A stretch of 64,000 nt of DNA from Lytechinus pictus (lineage: Eukaryota). Below the pieces are notes generated by a model. That model saw only the letters and a list, made by a program, of their open reading frames with translations. It searched no databases and was not told the origin of the DNA. Within the stretch, counting starts at the first letter, position 1, and each line of letters begins with the position of its first letter. This document shows positions 39,100 through 51,195 of the stretch, piece by piece. The position numbers and the translations under genes are program-made. The stretch lies in contig NC_087245.1 in the NCBI RefSeq assembly GCF_037042905.1, positions 41,666,001 through 41,730,000 on the forward strand, written 5' to 3'.

Positions 39100-39654
39100 T
39101 TTTCAACGGTATGAAAGAAGAATTATTACATTGACCCTTGGCCTAATTACCGTCAATTACAAGGTGTCGGACCCTGATATTGACCATAATTTATCATCAA
39201 ATCATCTGGTCAGATCATCATCTTGAAGGGAAGTCGGATCATTGATTGATATATGTAGGAAAGCTGCTCGCATAAATTATGACGTCACAAATCAAGTGAT
39301 TAAAATTCTAATAACTTTTTTATCCTTTGTTGGATTTTTCTCAAACCTTTGACAATATCTTTTATCATTTTCCAGCTATTTTTACAATAAAATTTTTGTC
39401 AGGGTGAGCTTCCCTTTGCATGCTTAATTGAAAAGAATAGGGCTACCTTGAACTTTTTTGTCCATATAAAAATTACCTGCCTTGAAGGTATCTGGGACTT
39501 GTGTAGGCCTAATGTTTTTTTTTTTCTGATTGCTAATTGTCGACTGGATTTGTCCGCTTGAGGCACTTTAGCGATGAAGCAGTGGCATACAGATTGGAGG
39601 GGGGGGGGGGGGGGGGGCTTGGGGCGTTTTTTCATGAAACACAGTTGGTATGTA

Positions 39655-39897
39655 ATAACAATAATAATAATGTTTTATTTACCCAGGGTAGCCACTTCAG
39701 GTAGGAAACTGCTCTACCAGCGGGCCCTGCATAACATAATGTTATTATTACCCTTCTCCAATCTAAATGATGAGCGCCTAGGAAGAAGGCAGAATGCCCC
39801 ATTTTTGGTCCCAGTCTTTGGTATGACTCGGTCAGGGATTGAACCCATGACCTCCTGTTCATGAGGCGGACGCTCTACCACTGAGCCACCATGCCCT
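39655..39897 (-). mobile_element. tRNA-derived SINE with a Meta-SINE-like central domain
   Basis: Minus strand TGGCTCAGTGG, GGTTCAATCCC, then gagtcataccaaagact...aaaaatgg...cctaggcgctca and an (ATT)n tail. Confidence 0.7.
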
Positions 39898-40600
39898 GTA
39901 TGCACATGAGGAGACTGATGACGTCACTCGCTCACATTTTCTGTTATCTGAAATACGAAATATTCAAATTTTCTTCTCATTGTCACGTGAAACAAAAATT
40001 TATTCTTCCCTAAATATGTGGAATTACCACCGTGACTGTGTAAGCACTTAATTGTCAAATCGGTAAAACTTGAAATATTGTATAATTCAAACAATAAAAA
40101 AACAAAAGAAATAGTTAGAGTAAGGGACACCATCGACCTTCTCATTTGCATGTCAGTGAGTTGTGCATTATAACAGAGCTCTTTTTGTGAAAAATAAGCG
40201 AAACTTTAGAGTCATAACTTATTTATTTCACACCCGATTTTGATGAATTTTCAGCGTTATGCTCGATTCATTTTTCTCTAATGATTCAGATCAAGATTTT
40301 TTCTGGGTTGGACTTGACCTTTAACGTATTTCCGGGTAATCGGGTCGCCGAGTTATATGAATCAGTGTATGATGATGAAAGAATGTAATGATGACGATGT
40401 AACAACAAAAGCAATATCAATGATAAACAAAATTCTAAGAATACTGATATTTGTGATAATGATAATAACATGACAATGATGAAGTCAACAAGAAATGATG
40501 AATGCTGTTAGTAATAAAAGTGATAATACTAATTATAGCCATTAGAAAGAAGCAAGTTCAAAGGGAAAAAACATCAGAGGGGAAGAAAAGGAAAACTGAA

Positions 40601-40841
40601 CACAGCAAAAACTGTGGTGTTAACCGGTGTACATAGAGTACCGCAGTTATTTTACACCGGTGTTAAATTGATAGTGTTATTTTAACACATATACGTGTTA
40701 TTACAACACCTTCGGTTGTTACATTTACACTCTTTGATATTATGTTCAATCTCTAGGGTATAATTAATATTTTAACACCTCATGGTGTGGTCCTCTATTA
40801 ACCCAACTAATGTGAGTTTTAACACCACAGGTTTTACAGTG
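40601..40841. mobile_element. Related CMC-like MITE
   Basis: cacagcaaaaactgtggtgttaa / ttaacaccacaggttttacagtg with AA on both flanks. Confidence 0.6.
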
Positions 40842-40905
40842 AAGGAAAAAACCATTCCATCGCTGGTCAGCTTCCTATGTTTTTTGTTCGAAGTGATAGA
40901 TGATA

Positions 40906-41204
40906 ATAATAATAATAAACAGTTCTTATATAGCGCATATCACGATTATGAATAATGTCTCTATGCGCTTCCAAAGGACTTGGATATTATTACCCCAGCT
41001 GTAGCTTGGCAGCCGTAATTACTAAGATTACAGCGCACACGCATTTCAAGGAATACATTCCTGCCAGGTACCCATTCACCTCACCTGGGTTGAGTGCAGC
41101 ACAATGTGGATAAATTTATGAAATTACGCCATGGCTGGGATTCGAACCCACAACCCTCTGTTTCAAAGTCCGGAGACTAATCCACTGGGCCACAACGCTC
41201 CACA
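40906..41204 (-). mobile_element. Full-length tRNA-derived SINE, same family, with an 11-bp TSD
   Basis: Minus strand TGGCCCAGTGG / GGTTCGAATCC and an (ATT)n tail. GATAGATGATA at 40895-40905 and 41205-41215. Confidence 0.85.
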
Positions 41205-41509
41205 GATAGATGATACCGAACTCTTCATTTTATCCATTTTATATTTTATCTCAGTTCATTACTAACGGGTTGAGTGCCAGTTTGTTTTCTCCGATCGACA
41301 TTACTGCCTGCAACGTCCGGTTTACTTGTGACGTCATAGCCTCGTGACGTCAAGTATGAATGTCAGCTATTTATTATGACCATTAATATTCGAACAGTGA
41401 CGTATTCAGGAAATATCATTTTGTGGGCATGTTTTTTTTTTGCCCAGCAGAATGTCTTATCATTTAAGCATGTCAATGTCAAAATATAAACATAATTATG
41501 GTTATGGTA

Positions 41510-41555
<46 letters not shown>

Positions 41556-41913
41556 CGTTGGGAGATGATGACATTAAGCAGGGTCCCTGCATTAAGCAAA
41601 CTAAAACACTGGAAAACAACCATCGCGCGCACACCGAAGAAAAATACTTTGCTAAGAGTGTTCAAATTCGTCAATTTTAATTCATCCATTAACGAATATA
41701 CTTTTTTAAAAATATTTGATTTTTGTGAGATAATCATAACTTTGATTTAGTTTTAATGTTTGTGGAATGTCTCGTCTTCATGGTTACACGCGTAGGAAGA
41801 ACGCTTATACTGAGTAATCAACGTAAATCATGCATGGGACACCGGGGGAGGAAGTTTGTTACTGTCTCGACAACGGTTGCCAAGGAGCGGCATGCTCTGC
41901 AGTCCTACGTATA

Positions 41914-42732
41914 CAGTGTTTCCCAGAAAAAACGAAACCGAGATTTAGCGATGATTTATCATAACTTAATCATAAATAAAATAGACAAATGACCTACCAA
42001 TGTAAAGCTTAGAATCTCCTCTTTCATCTGGTATTACTTAGATTATTCCTCATTCACGCATGATTGAGCAAAAACGATTCGAAGAAAGGATGCCAAAAAC
42101 TCATTTGGCGGAGGGTATCTGAATTTCAAAAAGAAAATCACATGACTAAAAAGTTCAATATCTTCTCTTTTCTTTGATACCTAAATCACAGAAAATGGTC
42201 AAGTAGTAAAAAAGTTATGATCCCTCGAAACAATGCTTGTATTTCCATAATTTCATTAAATAAACGTGTTTTCACCGGTTTCCCACAGAAGCTATCGCAC
42301 GGTAACAAAAGACTTAATGCATGGCTGATCGTCAACAAAACGGAGTGTCGAGTGAGTTTGAACGCTAGCCTGTAAAACCTCTTCATTTTATGAAATTATT
42401 GAAATTCAAGCCTTATTTCAAATAACCAGAACTTTGTTATTTCTTGACCATTTTCTGTAATTGAGGTATCAAATTAAAGAGCAGATATTGAACATTTTAA
42501 ATATGTGGTTTTCTTTTTAAAACCCAGATACGGCCCGCCAAGTGACTTTTTGGTATCCCCTTTTCAAATTGTTATTGCTCACTCATGCGTGAATGAGAAA
42601 TAATCTAAGTAATTTCAGATGAAAGATGAGATTCTAAGCTTTAAAATGGTAGGTCATTTGTCTATTGTATTTGCGATTAAGTTACGATAAATCATCGATA
42701 AATCTCGGTTTCGTTTTTTGTGGGACGCACTG
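41914..42732. mobile_element. Tc1/mariner-type MITE with long (about 300 bp) TIRs
   Basis: TA|cagtgtttcccagaaaaaacgaaaccgagattta ... taaatctcggtttcgttttttgtgggacgcactg|TA. Confidence 0.8.
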
Positions 42733-43659
42733 TATAGATAAATTAGAACAAAAAAAGGAATGTGAAAGAGAAAGAAAGAAAGATCAAGAGATCAAAATAT
42801 ATATGAAATAAAATAAAATGGAACAATTCAGATAGGAAAGTAGAGACAGCTAGCCGATAGTGAGTACAATTGTCATACTTTGTTTAGTGCTTTCATATTC
42901 AAGTATATGTTATTCATTTATTTCTAAGTGCAATATCTTGTTTAAAGCTTTGACATAATTTTCTTGATTAATTTTCTTGATTTGTATTTTGTTGGAAAGG
43001 AAATAAATGAAATGAAGTAAAGGAAAGAATAAAAAGTGAATATAGAAGGAGAAGGTTACATGTAGAGTCAAAGTATGATAGGATGAGATGAAACTTGAAG
43101 GAATTTAGGGAGAATGAAGGGTGCGTGGTTTTGTGGGAGAGGGGAAAGCAAAAAGGCGAAAGATAACTGATTTATTTTGAATGATAATATTGAACACACC
43201 TATTTCAGCTACAGTAGATTGACATTCCTGAACGTAAAGCTGCACCCCAACCCTATCATGACTATCATGGTAATCTTGCCAGTATCTATTGCATTAATTT
43301 AACCTTGGCATTGTCTCTTTACGGTTTGTCACTTCTGTGCTTTCCCTGATATCTATTCGTGGGACAGTTGTTGTCTGCTATGCAGGAAATTTCAGATGGG
43401 TTAAAGACCGAATTCAAACACAACATTAAGGGGCTCGACGTATTAATTCAGACTCGTATAAAGCATCACGAGTCATCATAAACATTCGAAAAGAAGGTTA
43501 AGAAATTCCCCAATGTTGTTTTTGATTGAACAGGAATTACATTGTTTACTTTGAGTTGATGATGTTGTATGATTTCGTAAGATACTAGTTTACAATTGTA
43601 TCCTGTTAACGTTTATGGGGGAGGTTTCTAAAATAAATTCATGCTCCGAAAACCGTTAA

Positions 43660-44252
43660 AGGAGAATGAAACTCTTGGAGCAAGTTAGCTTTTGTGAAAG
43701 CAGAAAAATCAAAGAATAAGATCAACAAAAGTTTGAGTAAAATAGGACTAGCAATAGAAGAGTTATGAGCATTTGAATGTCGAGATCACTAATGCTATGG
43801 AGATCCTCCCATTGGCAATGCGACCAAGATCTATGATGTCACAGATGAACAACTCTCCCCTTTTGGACACTGAAAATATACCCCAAAACATCTCTTTTTG
43901 CTCATTCTAAACATATGACAAACGATTCATCAATGATATAATCATGATAATGTTGTGAAACCTCTGTACTTGTCCACTCATAAAGAGAACACCTCACCTT
44001 GTGATAGACTCTATAAAAGTGAGAATATAAGTGAAATAAGTACTAAAGTAATGAGGGACTTATACGTGTGTGACATCACAGATCTTGGTCGCATTGCCAA
44101 TGGGAGAAACTACATGGCATTAGTGATCTCAATATTCAAATGCTCATAACTTTCTTATTATTCATTCAATCTTCCTCAAACTTTCAACAATATGTTTCTT
44201 TGATTTTTCTCTTTGATATGGATTTAGCTGGTTTCAAGGGTTTCATTCTCCT
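43660..44252. mobile_element. Kolobok-like MITE with TTAA TSD, copy 2 (near-identical to 14125-14713)
   Basis: Perfect 13-bp TIR aggagaatgaaac / gtttcattctcct, TTAA on both flanks. Confidence 0.8.
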
Positions 44253-47200
44253 TTAAAGAAACCCAGACTTCTTATCAGGAAGTCCGTCCATGTCATCTTG
44301 CATTTTATTTTTAATTTCTTGCCTCGGGCGCGTCACGGGGCGTGGCTATTGCGTCACGACGCTAGCAACCATGAACCAATTTGCCGATTTCGAAGTAAGG
44401 ATTTCGACTTCATGGATGATAATCATGATAGGATCAATGGAATTACCAAGCACTTTAAAACTTGGTTGAAACCCAATAATGTAACCACAAGTTGTGTCCT
44501 GATCATCAAAGTAACGGTTTTTTTAAAGCCTTTTCACTTTTCAGACAATTCTCAGTAATTTAACTCGTACAGCTAGTATACATGGTAATGCAAGAAACGT
44601 CCCCTCCCTTGAAGAATTATATTTCACTTTCATGCATGATGGGCAGACTAAACATACATTTATGAAGAGACTCGCGATTTTCGAAGGGCAAAAGGACATT
44701 TTTCACAAATAAAACAAATAATCAAGGATCCCATTATTCACAAATGATTTACATGTAAAGGAGCATTCTTGGTCGACTCATTACGGTAATTTCGCACGTT
44801 CCACATGTTCAAGTTCAAGAAAGAGCTAAATATATTCTACATTGTAGGAGGGAAAAATATTATGTCATTTTCTATAAATGGGAGCCGTCGTCGGTTCCTT
44901 ATTTTGCGTTCTGCCCGTGTTGTGCGTAATATTTTTTAACCTTTTATAATGAAACTTTAAAATAATGTAAAAGTCTCATTTACGTCAATTTTTTTCTATT
45001 TGTAAAATTTATCTTGTTTAAACTTTAATGTGCATGCGATTTTATAAAGGCCATACTACGTGTTATGATCACTATATACAGTTTTCCCGTTATTGGAACT
45101 GACCATTCGACAATCCATCATCACGATCGTCTCTAAATATTTCATCTTATTTCGATTGAGATGTCCTTAAAAGAAAAAAAATGATCCGAAAACAAATTTT
45201 GGATGATATGACTTGTTGGGGATATGGGAAGTTTCCAAGGCCGAAGCATATAGAAATAAGATTGATAAATCCATTTTTGGTAGTTGAACTTTTCTTTTAA
45301 TTACTTTTGTTTTAATCCACTCATGATTGTGTGAGCGTTGTATCTTCGGTGTATCTTAATGACTGATATCAATTAACTTAAGAGAGAACAAGCCGTCCAA
45401 ATTTATCCCATTTATCACAGTCTATTGGTCGTATGTGTGATTAAGATATGATTAATCAAGAATAAATCTCAGTTTCCACTTTTGTGAGGCACTGTAAAAT
45501 GTACTCGCTGAGAGAACGAGAGTGAAACAATATTTAACCTACATATACATCTATTCCCATTATTATGACACGTATACCTCGTCATAATCTTCGTGGTTCC
45601 CTTAATGATGATTGTAAAACTAAAGTGTCCTTTGTATGAGAATATGTTGACTACTAGTCTAGATTCTAGACGTCGGTGTACTTGTTATTTCTCTCCCCTT
45701 GCTTTATTCTCCCATGCGTGCCATCTCCAGTGATCGCGCTATCCCCTCTTTCGTGTGGCTGTTTTCATTTCGGGCGTAGAGGTCGAGGGTTGTGTTATTG
45801 ATCAACTGAAAAGTAGAACAGTCCTGGCAAAGGACTAGTTGACTACCGGATATCAGAAGATTTTGTTGTAGCAGGTGCCATGAGCCTAATTACATCAGGA
45901 GGGCTAAAGATATTCGTTCGACCCAACCCATTCGAATTTTTTCTATTTGATATTGCTGATTGACAAAAGTGTATGAATATGATTCAAAATCTAACACTGA
46001 TTCTAGAAATGGTAACTACTGAACTTCCTTTGCCCAAATTGGGAAGATATATCAATGATTTGGAACTATTTTTTGACTGGCGAAAGAATTGGGGCTATTT
46101 TACTGTTTCAGGTGATGAATTTGATCCCATCATAGTTATCTTCATAAATGGCGATTTATTTTTAAAATGAGCTGGCTACGATACCCTTCTCTGGTCAGAT
46201 ATGGAATGTCAGATATATATCCTATCCAAAGGTAGTAAACATTCGACCCTCTAATTTCACATTTATTTTTTATGAATTTTTCATAAGTGCCATTTTAACA
46301 CACAAGTCTATGGGGAATGTTTTACGTGCGTGACACCAGCATGCATGTGTCAATCAAACGCCCTATAGCACGCCCCCAACCCTATTTTTTTTTTAATCTA
46401 TAATACTGATAGTCACAGAAATTCTGCCATTTCTTTAAAAGTTTAGGAAGATGTTTTCTTGACCTTAATGGCGGTCGAATTTTCAATATCATGGACAATT
46501 TTTGTTCTGACAGAACTTTTATATAAATCGCGGAAGATGTTTATGGTGCACTATATCCAGATCTGTGGTTGCCGCTCAGAGAAATCATTTTGTTGTAGGC
46601 TTGCATGTCGCTGTATTCTCATGACAATGTTGAATAACGCCATCTACAGGTCCGATTAGATACTTTTACAACGGCCATAAAAGCACCTTTCGATCTAGTT
46701 CATCAATAACCCAGCTATCTGAGGAGCAGTTAAAAATGACCTTTTGTATCAATAACCTTGCCATGGCAAGCTTATTACGGGGGGGGGGGGGATTCAAATA
46801 TAGGACATGAAAGAAAAAAGGAAATAAAATTCACAAAGGGAAAACAAAACAATAACACGAAAAGCGAGAACAATTGAAGAAAGGTGGAAGATAAAAAAGA
46901 AACATACATAGAAGTTTGTAATTGATATTGATTTTATTTCAATCTGTGTTTATCTCTTTCTTTCTTTTTTACTTAAGCTTTTCTATTTTACTCGATTCAA
47001 ACTGACATTGATCTATAATTGCATCTATATATGACCAAAAATTGGATATAAAAATAGCTCTTGTATTATTTGTATTATTATATACCCCCACGCCTGAACG
47101 AGGCAATGTACAGGCCGTATAATTAATGATATAAATTTCTTTTCCCTTTTTATGTCTTATTCTGCGTTGGTTTTGCCTTGTTTTTTGCATCTTGTATTCT

Positions 47201-47479
47201 TTCTACTTCACTTTTGGTTTTGTTTGTTATGAAAAAAAGAAAAATGCACAAGGAATAAGATCAGAATAAAAAAACAAAAAAACAATAGTAAGAAAGGGCG
47301 TAAACATTCTTTTACAATGTAAAGGCGGAAACCATCCAACCAACCTTGTCTTTTCCACGAACAATCATGTATCACGCGTGTTATTTACTTTGCGAATTAT
47401 GTATTTATATATTATATTGAATTGTTATTTTGGCGAAGGTATTATATAAAATCAGTAGGACCTACTAATGGACGAGTGA

Positions 47480-47491
47480 CTTCTTCTTCTT

Positions 47492-47548
<57 letters not shown>

Positions 47549-47554
47549 ATATAG

Positions 47555-47595
<41 letters not shown>

Positions 47596-47612
47596 TACTA
47601 CTACTACTACTA

Positions 47613-47650
<38 letters not shown>

Positions 47651-47683
47651 TACTACTACTACTACTACTACTACAACTACTAC
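47480..47683. repeat. (CTA)n trinucleotide repeat
   Basis: Seen directly. Confidence 0.95.
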
Positions 47684-48388
47684 TCGAAACTCGAAGTTTA
47701 GCAACACACCTACTACTGCATAAATAATGACGTTATTGTTATTATTGTGTCGTGTACATAGTATTAACGTTTTAAAAAATATTTATCAGACTGTTTAAGC
47801 CAGTCACCCAGTCAACAAAATGTTGTTTAAACTATTAAAAATTGTTTCAAACTTTTAAAACAACTTATTTAAAAGTTTAAACAAGCTTATTGAAAACTTC
47901 AAACAATAGTTGTTAAAGTGACTGGCTTAAAAAAAAACGTGCTTATAATTTTATACAGTACGGTATCGTATACAGACGAATCATGCACGCATATCCCCCT
48001 TATCCTCCCCGTGTCGGCGGAGTATAATTAGCAACTACATACTTATACGTCATATCATAAAAAAATATTTTTATCCCCCAGATAATAATCAGGATGATAT
48101 CAATTTGTTCCCTCTCCAATATCTTTCAGATTTTAAGGTTATTTTGTTTTCATTCAGCATTTAGGGCTGCATGGGTTCTTGAAAAATGGCTTGGGATTAA
48201 TAGTTGCTACGCCGATGTTGTGGAGATCAACGCTGTGTAATTTATTTCCTGCTATTCTAGCAAAAAATAATTTTATTTAAAAGAAAACCAGTTTATCAGA
48301 AATATTGGTTCAGTTGTTATGTATTCTATATTTCTTTCAATGTTTAATGTTTTTCAGTACTGATAACTTATCTATCTATATTTCAATA

Positions 48389-48855
48389 ATTCAATTCAAT
48401 TCAATTCATTTTATTTCCACAGTTCAATAAAAATTACATCAAAATTACACAAAGTGATTCAAAGAACAATGAATAATACAATACATAGACTTACTTGGTA
48501 CAAAAACAAATGGATAAACAAAGTACGGAACATTAACAGAATATTAAAAAGTGGAGGGACAAACAAAGGGCTTGTCCCCAACATATAAAGATAACATTAT
48601 TATGACTGATCATAAACAAACAAGCAAATAAACAAACATAAAAGCAAAAAAGTCATTAAAAAATTAAAGATAGAAGTAAACTCAGGGAGTATAAGAATTA
48701 ATTAGATTATTTAGATACATCTTCTTAAACCTAGACAATGTAGGGCAACTCTTTATATCGGGATCTAAACAGTTCTATAGCTTTGGACCATTGAAAATAA
48801 TTGTGGGCCGAGAAAACTCATATTTTAATTTAGGGACAATAATTGCATTGCGTAT
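48389..48855 (-). mobile_element. 5'-truncated LINE (CR1/L2 group) 3' end
   Basis: Minus-strand translation RNAIIVPKLKYEFSRPTIIFNGPKL*NCLDPDIKSCPTLSRFKKMY, with a (TTGAA)n tail. Confidence 0.65.
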
Positions 48856-50280
48856 AAGGAAACTTATTTTACAGGGCCTCCTGGCCTTATTTTAGTTTCC
48901 CTTTTTTTTCATTTTCAACTGCTAAATTTTGTATGTGAAAGGCTTTGTAATGACATTGTTATTCATTTAGATGTATTTTTTTTAATAGTTTGTATATAAT
49001 TGCATTCATTATATCATATTGTAATGACCTGTTTTTATTTGAATGTGAAATAAATGATCAAAGAAAGTTTTTCTTTGGTCAAAAGTAGATGTTAAACTGA
49101 TAACAGAATTCAGTAATCATCCAAGGTTCACAAAATCAATGACTGAATTTCACCAAGAAATGGATCGAGCGTGTTCTGAAAATAAATATGAATTCATAGG
49201 ATTACAGTTATTTTTTAATACAGTAATTTGATAATCCGACCGTAATTCGATCTTTCTTGTTTCCTTGTTCAATATCATGGTTATTACATGATGTATTTAA
49301 ACTTATATTAGCAATTGAATCTATTTACATTGGTGATATCTCTTTGGATTTCAATACAGATTTATTGGTATTGCTCGAATTACTGTTCAAATGTATTGTG
49401 TTTTCTTCACTTCTACCCAAACATGTAAATTATTTATTATTATCATGCTCTATGGTGTTAACTGTTTTGTTGATCACAAATTATCATGATGGTGTGGTGG
49501 TTGATTAAATCGTTAACATAATTATGTAGTACAGTTCGACTTTCTCTTCTCTCGTTCACCCGCTCTCTCACATCTACTTATCTTCTACCCCCCACTTCAA
49601 CTCGGTCCTCAATTTTTTTTCATTCCTCCCTCCCCCTTTTACTCCCCTTCTCTCACCTCCCTCCCTTCAGTAGGTATAGTGATTTTGATACCTTATAGTG
49701 ATATAATTCAAAGCTCCTCCAAGGAGGAAGGGGGGGGGGGGGTTGTAGGGGGGGGGGGGGCACTGAATCCAAACTGATTGCTTCATTATAGATACCTCAT
49801 TTTAGTACCTCAATTGAACCTCGATAATCTCTTTGTCTCATGATCTCTTTATCCAAACTGTACATTAAATCTATTAATATATACTTACCCACCCGTACAT
49901 TTTCTACGTGAAATGTATATCAGTCAGCCTATAAAATCAGAAGTGAATATTTACTTTGTAAAATCTGCGATATGCTCATTTGGACAACGCACATACCCTT
50001 GTCAACCAGGTACCATTTTGTTGAAGCTCTTGATGCGTCTATTAGGCCTGTCATTTATTTTAAACTTGAACTCCTATTTTTTTTGTTATATAGCCGCAGA
50101 TCAAGGAAGCTTTATACAGGAGTACACACGAGAGTTTTGCTTTTTAGCTTGCATCTTTATAGCCAGGAAATGACAAGCTATTTTCCATAATAAACAGAGT
50201 GGTCATATTTCTCGACATCATACTTACAGCCCGCCCTGTTGGATCTTGCGATAAATTCATCATTTGTTTTGTTTTTGCAG

Positions 50281-50903
50281 CAAATATGAGTACCTTGATG
50301 AGGGTCCGCCTTGGAAGCCGGAGAGGCAACGACTCCAACCCAATTCTAGGAGACATTGACAATAATTTGAATGGGAGCTCGGACGGTTTAGACGTGCTGC
50401 CGAGTAGCGCGGATGCAGTGCGCAAACCCCGCAGCAATACCTACGCCGGGTTTTCGAGCAAGCAGCCGAACTCTTTCCATAACGAGGGATATGAAAGCGA
50501 CAGCAGACGTGGTTCGCTGAGGAGTAGCTGTTTCAGTCAAGGCGATTTGGGGATCAACGGCGATTTAGGAATCAACGGCGATTTAGCAGGAATTACCGAT
50601 CACGACTTAGGGATGAAGGCACGGTCTTCGCTCTCGTTGCCCCGCGATAGAGGTGGGATGGTGGTCATCAACGCTGCCATTGGGGAGAAGCTGGCGATGT
50701 CGAACTTGGAGCAGTACTCGATGCTTCCGATGACGAAAGAAACTGGGAACAATAACTTTGACGATGACGTGGAGGATCCCGCATCGACGTCGAAGACGGG
50801 TTCGATGAAGCCAGCTGATGGGAGTCAAGTTGCCGAAGAGGCCGAGACTGAAGAGGAGTTTTTAAGGTGCGGGTGGTTATTCTTGAGACCCAAATGCTTG
50901 CAG
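50281..50903 (+). CDS. SLCO4A1: SLCO/OATP organic anion transporter (OATP4-like), exon encoding the cytoplasmic N-terminus; ATG at 50286
   Basis: Acceptor ttttgtttttgcag|, donor CAG|gtgagt, GC-rich coding-like composition. Ends with CGWLFLRPKCLQ, the CGW...P.CLQ motif preceding TM1 in OATP4-type proteins. The family call is more secure than the exact subfamily symbol. Confidence 0.78.
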
Positions 50904-50966
50904 GTGAGTCGTTGCATTCATGGGTATTATTATTATTTTGCTTGAAATTCAAATGGCATCTCTTAA

Positions 50967-51013
50967 TCATCATCATCATCATCTTTATTTTCATCAACAT
51001 TGCCATTGCCGTT

Positions 51014-51044
<31 letters not shown>

Positions 51045-51195
51045 CCATCATCGTCATCTTCATCATCATCACCATCATCATCACCATCATCATCATTATC
51101 ATCATCACCATCATTATTTTCATCATTATGACCACCATCATCATCATCTTCATCATCATCATCGTCGACGTCAACAACAACAACAATAACAACAA
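50967..51195. repeat. (CAT)n then (CAA)n trinucleotide repeat
   Basis: Seen directly. Confidence 0.95.

Noticed and set aside
49727..49760. Frequent poly-G/poly-C runs as functional G-quadruplex elements
   Set aside because: They are scattered throughout, mostly in transposon remnants, and homopolymer length is unreliable; there is no specific evidence of function.
50199..50280. 5' extension of the 248-aa ORF, and its 3' tail after 50903
   Set aside because: Both lie outside clear splice signals (tttgcag| and |gtgagt) and are intronic.
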